Virus record (IMG/VR): IMGVR_UViG_3300031732_000044
Coordinates: 1 to 50,921 of that record
Source: a virus
Lineage: Duplodnaviria; Caudoviricetes
Length of the DNA: 50,921 bases
Direction: 5' to 3' (one strand)
Part shown: piece after piece, positions 43,873-50,921 of the stretch
Numbering within the stretch: position 1 is the first letter of the stretch
How the letters are laid out: each line of letters starts with the position of its first letter
Notes under the pieces: generated by a model
What the model was told of the DNA's origin: nothing
Database searches by the model: none
Seen by the model: the letters and a program-made list of their open reading frames with translations, nothing else
Translations under genes and position numbers: made by a program

Positions 43873-43891
43873 ACTCCCTGGTAACGTAATA

Positions 43892-45496
43892 GTGTTAGAC
43901 ACCCCCTCAGATATGCCCGAGACGTTCAAACAGCAGGTTCAAGGCGGCTACGAGAAGGCAAGCTTCCAGCCCGACCGGTTCGCAAAGCTTCCTCGAGAGA
44001 TGATCGAGGACATGCGGCCGGTGTTCGCGGGCGGCGGACTACGGTGGACTCCGCTCGCGGTGAGCCACATGGTCGCTCGTGCGAAGGCGCAGGCCGGCGC
44101 GCAGGGCGAAGCCGCATTCGAGAGCGCCGGGCACGAGTGCGGTGTAGGCGAAGGCGAGTTCGTGTACACGCAGGCGTCGTGTGCGGAGGATTTCATGGCG
44201 CGGTTTGGGGCGGAGCCGGAAGACGTCTACGACGAGAATGGTGAGTTCACCGACGCGGCCCGTCGCCAGTACCAGCAGATCCACCGAGCGTTCGATCAGA
44301 TTCGGGGCAGTTGGGCAGAGGAGCGCCGCGAATGTAAACCGGGAACGAAGGTACTCGGGACGATCTGGAGCCTGGTCCCGCTGACCGTCGACCAGATCGA
44401 GACGCTGCCTTCGTGCCAGTCGCTCGACGTTCGGCCTACTGACCTCGGCGATGATGAGCTACTGGATTTCTGCACCGACCGGGACGGCATGGTCGATGTC
44501 GCGTGCTGGTACCAGATGCTCGCTCGCCGTTACCATCCGGAACGTTTCCGCCAGGCGGAAACCTGTTCCAGCGTCCGCGACCGGGGCACGTACTCGGATG
44601 CGGTGGCGTGGGCACAGGCGTTCGCCCGCGATGGATCGTGCCCACACGAAAGGGACCGCGGCGAGCGGCACATGTCCATCGGCGCGTTTCGGGATTCGGA
44701 CCTTGGCAAGATGGGCGTGAAAGACGATACGCCGTGCTCGGTGCCGTGGGTGGTGTTGGAGGCAGAGGCTGGCGACCTGGTGGACCGATACGAGGCCACG
44801 CGGCGCATCCTCGAGGCTCTCGATGCAGAGGGCGCCGACCTGTCGGAGGTCGTGGTCTCCTACTCCGGCAACACGTCGTTCCACGTCCGCATCCCGACGG
44901 GCATGGTCGGGCGCCCCGTGTTCGAGTCACCCGGCACTGCGGAGACCGTGCTGCGCCGGTTTGCGAATGAGGTGTGCGACGAGGAGCTCGACGTCAATCT
45001 GTTCGACCCGCGCCACCTGATCCGCTGCATCGGCTCGGTGCATGAGGAGACTGGCCGCCACGTGTCGGGCTTCCACGGAGACACGTTCCTCGAGCTGAGC
45101 TTGGAGGAAGCGGTCCAGGCCAGCAGTGAGCACTACCCGTTCGCGCTCCGAGACCCCTTCGAGGTCGAGTCCACGGGGCTCCGGGCGTGCATGGACGAAG
45201 CCGCGCAGACCCTGAGCCAGTTCTGGATTCCGGAGTTCGATGAGTGTCCCAACCTCGACGAGTCGAGCGGCGCGGTCCAGGCGGCCATGCAGGGCGTCGA
45301 GGAGTCTGAGCACTGGCACGAGAAACACGTGGGGCGGAATAAGGCCACGTTCATTGCTGCCTGCTATCTGATTGAGCAGCAGGGCGAGCAGCGGGCTTGG
45401 CAAAAGACGCTCGACGTGAATGATCGGCACAGCCCGTCGCTGCCGAAAAACGAGGTGAAGAGCTGCTTTGAGTCTGCTCAGCGAACTGTTCGGTAG
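43892..45496 (+). CDS. AEP-superfamily primase/replication protein with PriCT-like C-terminus
   Basis: SYSGNTSFHVRI, DVNLFDPRHLIRCIGSVHEETG, GRNKATFIAACYL...PSLPKNEV; motif I reads LEAE. Confidence 0.7.
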   Translation: MLDTPSDMPETFKQQVQGGYEKASFQPDRFAKLPREMIEDMRPVFAGGGLRWTPLAVSHMVARAKAQAGAQGEAAFESAGHECGVGEGEFVYTQASCAEDFMARFGAEPEDVYDENGEFTDAARRQYQQIHRAFDQIRGSWAEERRECKPGTKVLGTIWSLVPLTVDQIETLPSCQSLDVRPTDLGDDELLDFCTDRDGMVDVACWYQMLARRYHPERFRQAETCSSVRDRGTYSDAVAWAQAFARDGSCPHERDRGERHMSIGAFRDSDLGKMGVKDDTPCSVPWVVLEAEAGDLVDRYEATRRILEALDAEGADLSEVVVSYSGNTSFHVRIPTGMVGRPVFESPGTAETVLRRFANEVCDEELDVNLFDPRHLIRCIGSVHEETGRHVSGFHGDTFLELSLEEAVQASSEHYPFALRDPFEVESTGLRACMDEAAQTLSQFWIPEFDECPNLDESSGAVQAAMQGVEESEHWHEKHVGRNKATFIAACYLIEQQGEQRAWQKTLDVNDRHSPSLPKNEVKSCFESAQRTVR

Positions 45497-45498
45497 AT

Positions 45499-46146
45499 AT
45501 GCCTGACCCTTACGCGACCATTGGCAACGTGAGGCTTTACCACGCCGACTGCCGAGACATTCTGCCATCACTGGCGACAAAAACAGTGATTACTGATCCA
45601 GTATGGCCAGGCGCTGATGTGCCCCTTGAGGGTAGAGACAACTGTGTTCGTCTCCTCGAGGAGACGCTTCAGAATTGCCTTACCGCGGAGCGGCTGGCCC
45701 TTCACGTTGGGTGCCGCACGGACCCTCGTCTTTTCGAGACTGTGCCGGAACGGTTTGAGTTTTTCAGGGTCGCGTGGCTCCGGTACAGCGTCCCTTCTTA
45801 TCAGGGTCGCGTCTTAAACGGGGCTGATGTTGCGTATTTGTACGGCCATCCCCCTTCACCACCCGAGTATGGCCACCTCGTCCCAGGTGAGTTTATCGAA
45901 AACGGTGCTAAAGGAAAAGAGCGGGATCACCCCACACCCCGGAAGCTGAGCCATGTCGAATGGCTCGTGAAGTGGTGGTCTGAGCCGACTGATCTTGTAG
46001 TCGACCCATTCGCAGGAAGCGGCACCACGGGCCTCGCCGCGATGCGGTGGAATCGGGAGTGCGTCCTGGTTGAGATCAAGGAGGAGCACTGCGAGACGGC
46101 CGCCCGCGCCCTTAAGCAAGAAGCGAAGCAACCAAAACTGATTTGA
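45499..46146 (+). CDS. N4/N6 DNA methyltransferase
   Basis: LYHADC, ITDPVW, HPTPRK, VVDPFAGSGTTG, VEI. Confidence 0.88.
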   Translation: MPDPYATIGNVRLYHADCRDILPSLATKTVITDPVWPGADVPLEGRDNCVRLLEETLQNCLTAERLALHVGCRTDPRLFETVPERFEFFRVAWLRYSVPSYQGRVLNGADVAYLYGHPPSPPEYGHLVPGEFIENGAKGKERDHPTPRKLSHVEWLVKWWSEPTDLVVDPFAGSGTTGLAAMRWNRECVLVEIKEEHCETAARALKQEAKQPKLI

Positions 46147-46147
46147 C

Positions 46148-46348
46148 ATGCCCCTGACCTCAGCCCAACGCGCTTACGCTGCTGCGTACCAGACCGCGCT
46201 CGTCGAGGATGATGACGAGCCGGACCCCGACGCCTTCGGCATCAATGAGGGCACTGCCGAGATGGTGCAGGCTCGCGTCGAGAAGGGCACCGTCGACTAC
46301 GACGAGGTGCCCGCGATGCTTCAGCCTCCGGAACTCGAAACTGATTGA
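46148..46348 (+). CDS. Small acidic hypothetical protein
   Basis: 66 aa, abuts both neighbours. Confidence 0.65.
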   Translation: MPLTSAQRAYAAAYQTALVEDDDEPDPDAFGINEGTAEMVQARVEKGTVDYDEVPAMLQPPELETD

Positions 46349-46349
46349 T

Positions 46350-46715
46350 ATGCCCTTTGAGCGCAGTTGCTACCCGGACGATTGGGACGACATATCGGAC
46401 CGCATCCGCTTCGGTCGTGCTGGTGGCCGGTGTGAATGTGAAGGGCAGTGCGGCCATGTCCATCCAGACGGCCGATGCCGGGCCGAACACGGAGAGCTAC
46501 ACCCTGCAACAGGTTCAGAGGTCGTGCTCACGGTCGCACATTGGCCGGACGATGATCCGCAGAACACAGATCCAGAAAACCTGCATGCGATGTGCCAGCG
46601 GTGTCATCTTTCGGTTGACGCCGGGAAGCATGCTCAGAAAGTGAAGTACGGCCGTCACCACAATCGCGAACATCAACTTGAACTCAACCTCGACCATGCC
46701 GACTTCTCCAACTGA
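46350..46715 (+). CDS. Small HNH-like zinc protein
   Basis: YPDDW..IS...RAGGRCEC...VLTVAH...NLHAMCQRCH. Confidence 0.8.
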   Translation: MPFERSCYPDDWDDISDRIRFGRAGGRCECEGQCGHVHPDGRCRAEHGELHPATGSEVVLTVAHWPDDDPQNTDPENLHAMCQRCHLSVDAGKHAQKVKYGRHHNREHQLELNLDHADFSN

Positions 46716-47643
46716 TCTTATCGCCGTATCGGATGACTCGTGGACGGACTATGAGTCGCTGGACGATGCGGTCGACCACATCAAGGAACTTCGTGAGGAT
46801 GAACTCGGCCTTCTCCAAGAGATCGGCGAGCGAAAGAAAGACCGCGCACTCGTGCGGTTTTGGGTCGGAGAAGTCGTTGCGCTGCTGCAAGGTGAGGCTG
46901 AGTACGGCGACGACATTATGGGCCAGGTTACCGATCAGGTCGGTGTCTCGAAGAGCTACCTCCGCGAGAGCCGGCAGTTCTACGACGCGCATGACGGATC
47001 GGAGCAGGCCTGCCGCGCGTGGATGGACCAGGTCGAAAAAGAGCGCGGGCACGTCCACTGGTCCTACTGCCGGAACTGGGCTCGGAAACAGCTTTCCGGG
47101 GATGACTGGGAAGAGGACAACCAAAAAGTCGAAAGCGAAACCAAGCGACTTGAGCGCCGGGCGGAGCGCCTAGAGCAGGATGCCCGCGAGACGGAAGAGC
47201 AGGTCATGCAGTCCAACGCCGACGAAGAGAAAAAGGCGGAAGCACTCGGGGCTGCCGCCCGGGCCCGCCAGGTCGCCGAGGAGACCCGACGCCGGGCCGG
47301 AGAGCTTCAGCTTGACGACTATGAGCGCGTCGAGTCGGACCGGTGGCGCGAGATGGTCACGACGGTGGACTGCTTTGCCTGCGGCCGGGCCGGAAGCCGG
47401 GAGGACATGAACCCGCACCACCTGGAGCGCAGCGGACACGGCACCAAAGGGCCCGACACCGAGACGATCGCCCTCTGCACCGACTGCCACCGGAAACTGC
47501 ATGACATGGCGGAAGAGGAGTTTTGGGGGTTGGTTGGCGTGAACCCGTGGAAGAAACTGTGCCAGCGCATTCTCAGTCCGGCCCTGTCGGCGCTAGATCT
47601 CGACGCGCTGGCTGAAGAGCTTGAGCCGTACTTTCGCACGTGA
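46696..47643 (+). CDS. Coiled-coil protein with C-terminal HNH-like (DUF968-like) domain
   Basis: CFACG...PHHL..G.GTKGPD..IALCTDCHRKLH. Confidence 0.75.
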   Translation: MPTSPTDLIAVSDDSWTDYESLDDAVDHIKELREDELGLLQEIGERKKDRALVRFWVGEVVALLQGEAEYGDDIMGQVTDQVGVSKSYLRESRQFYDAHDGSEQACRAWMDQVEKERGHVHWSYCRNWARKQLSGDDWEEDNQKVESETKRLERRAERLEQDARETEEQVMQSNADEEKKAEALGAAARARQVAEETRRRAGELQLDDYERVESDRWREMVTTVDCFACGRAGSREDMNPHHLERSGHGTKGPDTETIALCTDCHRKLHDMAEEEFWGLVGVNPWKKLCQRILSPALSALDLDALAEELEPYFRT

Positions 47644-47656
47644 AGCTCCTGACACA

Positions 47657-48016
47657 ATGCCATACAGAGAGACATCGTTGGCCGAGCGCAAACGAGCGGC
47701 TGCCCTGTACGACGCCGGGCTGTCATCGAGGGAGGTGTCGGAGGTTATGGGTGGTCGTCCAGTTCCTCAGAGCGTGCTCCGATATGCTGACCTCTATGGA
47801 AATGGGCGACGCGACCAGCCGGAAGCCCGTCGGATGGCATCCTGGACGAAGCAAAAGAAGCGACGGGCCAAATCACTAGGCTGGCTGTACACGGAGCTCA
47901 AGTCTGTACGAAAAGTCACTGATCGTTGCGGACTGTGCCGGCAAACGGTGATGAAGTACTTGCAGAGCGATCACAATCCATACGCATACCCGTTGACTTC
48001 TCCCCTTGATGAATAG
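47657..48016 (+). CDS. Double-HTH DNA-binding protein
   Basis: LYDAGLSSREVSEVMG...SVLRY and LYTELKSVRKV...LCRQTVMKYL. Confidence 0.7.
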   Translation: MPYRETSLAERKRAAALYDAGLSSREVSEVMGGRPVPQSVLRYADLYGNGRRDQPEARRMASWTKQKKRRAKSLGWLYTELKSVRKVTDRCGLCRQTVMKYLQSDHNPYAYPLTSPLDE

Positions 48017-48306
48017 AGGGGATTCTTGCTCACGCAAAAGACGTTCTGTTTCACAGGACCAGCCTTAACTATTCACGTGCTCAAAAGCAGAGGTGAGTCA
48101 AGGTCTTACGTGTCCTCCGCAGACATTAGCACCTTTCGGTGCTCCCGTCAGCCCGACGGTACAGGTACTCAAATTAAATCGTGTCGCCCTTGGTTATCGG
48201 TGCGACACTTTTTGCACGAACTGCCATGCGAGAAGGTCCGTGTATCTCCCGGATGAATCAGCCCCCTCGCGCTCTCCCAATACTATAAACTGACCCTTTT
48301 GAGCCC

Positions 48307-49677
48307 ATGAGCAAAACGCACGTTCGACTTGATCAACTCCGTGATAACCCGAACCAGCCTCGCATAGGCACCGGTGACCTGGAGGGCCTCGCGCAGAAAA
48401 TACTACAGTATGGTCTTCGGCAACTCCCCGAGGGCCGTCTCCTTGTGGACGACAATCAGCCCAGCTACACCGAGTATACGTATACTCAAGGATCGGACTG
48501 GTATCTGGAAGAAGATGAGATTGCCGTCGTCGAGATTGCCTGCGGCCACCGCCGCGCGGAAGCAATACAGCTTCTCAACGATGACGCCACGATCACGGAT
48601 GCGGATCTCCGAGGTGCTGGGCTTACACCGGGGCATGTACCAGTCGACCTGCAGCGCCTCTCTGACGAAGAGATGCTCGACCTGCTCACGATTGAGAATG
48701 CGGCCCGGGAGGATCTTTCGCCCGTTGAGCAGGCGCGTCTAATCAAGCGACATTTGGAGGCTGGGCGCACTCAGGCAGAAGCAGCGGAGGTATTTGGGTG
48801 CTCTCAGTCTTGGGTGTCACACCGCACAGGGCTACTTGAGCTTCCAGATTATGTCCGCGGACATATTCACGACGGGGAGCTCTCGGTGAGCCAGGCCCGC
48901 GCCCTCAAGCCCATCTTCGAGGCTGACACGGAGAACGTTGACTTCCCAGAGGGCAACAGCTTCCACCCGGAGACCATCATTGAGAACGCCTTAGGCGGCA
49001 CGCCTTCCGGCACGCTCCGGAAGCAGGTCACACAGTTCGAGTCGTGGCTCCGGCAGCTGAAGGGGGAGACTCAGGAGGAGATTCGGAAGCAGGAGTACGA
49101 GCAGGAGCTTGAATCGGACTTGCAGAACGATGAACCAGAGTCGAATCAACGAGATGCGGAGAAGCCTGATCAGAGTGATGAACGAGACAATGCCAGAGCA
49201 CCGGCCGAGGACGCTCTTGGTACCAGCGATCGAGGATCACGAAAAACATCTTCCAGTCAGCGGAAAAACCTACAAGCAGGGCAAAAAGGAAGACGCACTG
49301 GCGAACGTGACGAATCGGAGGGGTCGGCCTCCGAGTCAGTAGGTGCTAACGGTGAAGCGTTTCAGCTGGATACTCAACCTTCGACCTCAACCGACCCTGA
49401 CCAACGGGTTAGAAAAGCAGAGGAGATCGTCGCGACCGTAGCGCGGCAGCTTTCCGACAAGGTCGACGCGGCTACGCCCACGTGGGCCTTGATGGCGCTT
49501 GGGGCCGGACGGTCGGCCGATCGTCGGACTCTGATTGAGCAGCAGATTTGGAGCCGGATGTCGCAGGTCGAGGCCAACGACGCGCGAGAGATCGCCGGGG
49601 CAATTCGGGACTGGCTTCGGCCGATGGGGGTGACCGGGATCGAAATTCCACAGATGACTTCTTCTGAACAAATATGA
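48307..49677 (+). CDS. ParB/Spo0J-family protein
   Basis: NPNQPR, IACGHRRAEA, IENAAREDLSPVEQA, HTH TQAEAAEVFGCSQSWVS. Confidence 0.9.
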   Translation: MSKTHVRLDQLRDNPNQPRIGTGDLEGLAQKILQYGLRQLPEGRLLVDDNQPSYTEYTYTQGSDWYLEEDEIAVVEIACGHRRAEAIQLLNDDATITDADLRGAGLTPGHVPVDLQRLSDEEMLDLLTIENAAREDLSPVEQARLIKRHLEAGRTQAEAAEVFGCSQSWVSHRTGLLELPDYVRGHIHDGELSVSQARALKPIFEADTENVDFPEGNSFHPETIIENALGGTPSGTLRKQVTQFESWLRQLKGETQEEIRKQEYEQELESDLQNDEPESNQRDAEKPDQSDERDNARAPAEDALGTSDRGSRKTSSSQRKNLQAGQKGRRTGERDESEGSASESVGANGEAFQLDTQPSTSTDPDQRVRKAEEIVATVARQLSDKVDAATPTWALMALGAGRSADRRTLIEQQIWSRMSQVEANDAREIAGAIRDWLRPMGVTGIEIPQMTSSEQI

Positions 49678-49744
49678 CGGAAGGTGCGAGGGTGCTGCGC
49701 TACGCTCGTATTCACTCCCCGTACACTCAATACCACGAGTAGCC

Positions 49745-49909
49745 ATGCCCGATCCCGACACGCAACATACCATTTGGCGCACCGGTGATCAGTGCCCCGA
49801 CTGCGGCCGCGAGACGATCAACACAGATGGACGCTACCGCTGGTGTGGCTTCCCGCATTGCAACTGGGGCGACTACCCGAATAGTGACAACGGTGATCAA
49901 AATGAGTGA
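49745..49909 (+). CDS. Small zinc-finger protein (CPDCG...CGFPHC), 54 aa
   Basis: Hand translation MPDPDTQHTIWRTGDQCPDCGRETINTDGRYRWCGFPHCNWGDYPNSDNGDQNE. Confidence 0.65.
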   Translation: MPDPDTQHTIWRTGDQCPDCGRETINTDGRYRWCGFPHCNWGDYPNSDNGDQNE

Positions 49910-50000
49910 ACAGCAAGCCGACTACGACACCACGAGCGACACGGAGCACAAGGAGCCGCCGCGGCACGTGGGGTGAGGTACAATCAAAAAGTTATCCGAT

Positions 50001-50471
50001 ATGGAGCTAACCATAGAACTTGTCCCGAAAACATCTTGGTACTCAAACGTGCGGAGCGAGGTGAGCGACCGTGAATGGGATGCAATCCGGAAGGCTGTGT
50101 ACCGCCGTGCTGATTACAAGTGCGAGGTCTGTGGAGATACGGGAGACGAGCACCCGGTCGAATGCCATGAGGTGTGGCACTACGATGATGAAAACCACAC
50201 CCAGCGGTTAAAGCGCATGATAGCGTTATGCCCCGACTGCCACCAAGTCAAACACATCGGGTATGCCTCCACGCAAGGAAAAGGACACGAAGCGGCCGAG
50301 CACCTTGCAAAAGTGAATGACTGGACGCTTTTCGAAGCAATGGAATACATCCAAGACTCTCTTGAGCAATGGAGGGAGCGAAGCCAGCACGAATGGACGC
50401 TAGACACGTCCATCCTCAACTGCGAGGAGTATGAACGCTTCCTCGAAGAGCGTGGCGTTCATGCCACATAA
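50001..50471 (+). CDS. HNH-like nuclease-fold protein
   Basis: IELVP...WDAIRK..YRRADYKCEVCG...ECHEVW...LCPDCHQVKHIG. Confidence 0.85.
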   Translation: MELTIELVPKTSWYSNVRSEVSDREWDAIRKAVYRRADYKCEVCGDTGDEHPVECHEVWHYDDENHTQRLKRMIALCPDCHQVKHIGYASTQGKGHEAAEHLAKVNDWTLFEAMEYIQDSLEQWRERSQHEWTLDTSILNCEEYERFLEERGVHAT

Positions 50472-50530
50472 CACCGGACATCAGCTGCGCCGACAGCGAT
50501 CACGTTCATAGAAATGGCCAACCCAGAATC

Positions 50531-50776
50531 ATGTCCGAACCGACCGAAAACGCCGACCAAGGAGCGTCGGCTGTAGCAGAGAGTTCTGTGCCCACGTGCG
50601 CGGAGTATTACATTCGCTTTTTAAACGGGAAAGTACAGCAGATCTGCAGAAGTGAAGCACAGAAGTTGGTGAGGCATGGCTTTTACATTGGTCGGCGACG
50701 TGCACGAGATAGCATTGTGGCTACATGGAAGCTATCGAATCGCAATTTACACGTAAGACATCATCTGCCCACGTAG
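50531..50776 (+). CDS. Hypothetical protein
   Basis: 81 aa ATG-started ORF, lower GC. Confidence 0.4.
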   Translation: MSEPTENADQGASAVAESSVPTCAEYYIRFLNGKVQQICRSEAQKLVRHGFYIGRRRARDSIVATWKLSNRNLHVRHHLPT

Positions 50777-50921
50777 ACAGCCTGCTACTATAGCTCTGGC
50801 GGGTGTAGAAAAATCCGCTTCTGGCGGGGTGGAGCCGATGCTGGCAAACGCAGCTTACCCGCGCCGCGGGTCGGGCACAGCGACCGTTGCGCCACCACTT
50901 TTACGTCCGCTTGGCCCGCAA

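Larger units (their letters stand above)
1..50921. mobile_element. Temperate siphovirus genome or prophage (partial), HK97-type head, non-contractile tail
   Basis: Contiguous terminase-portal-protease-capsid-connector-tail-TMP order, lysis genes, divergent repressor/early arm; no host housekeeping genes. Confidence 0.95.

Overview
The whole window is most of the genome of a temperate siphovirus or prophage. High GC and very D/E-rich proteins suggest an extremely halophilic diderm host such as Salinibacter/Rhodothermota (inference). Minus strand, read right to left: a CI-like repressor operon with lipoproteins and a trypsin-like protease (35.7-31.0 kb); a separately promoted accessory operon HTH, hypotheticals, HARP-like, SNF2, IbrA, GNAT, IbrB (30.8-21.8 kb); a strong terminator; then lysis genes, ParB-methylase, terminase, portal, HK97-type head, connector and tail genes, ending in a tape measure gene that runs off the left edge. 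Plus strand from 35.8 kb: an early/replication arm with small genes, a tRNA-like RNA lacking a normal anticodon loop, annealing protein, SSB-like protein, free-standing LAGLIDADG, SF2 helicase with a class 3 intein, AEP primase-like gene, methylase, HNH proteins and ParB. No integrase, att site or CRISPR array is visible. The best candidates for new biology are the HARP/SNF2/IbrA/GNAT/IbrB module, the anticodon-less tRNA-like RNA, the switch-like RNA leader of the antisense HNH gene, and an RNA polymerase alpha-CTD-like moron. All family calls come from motif recognition by eye; no database search was run.
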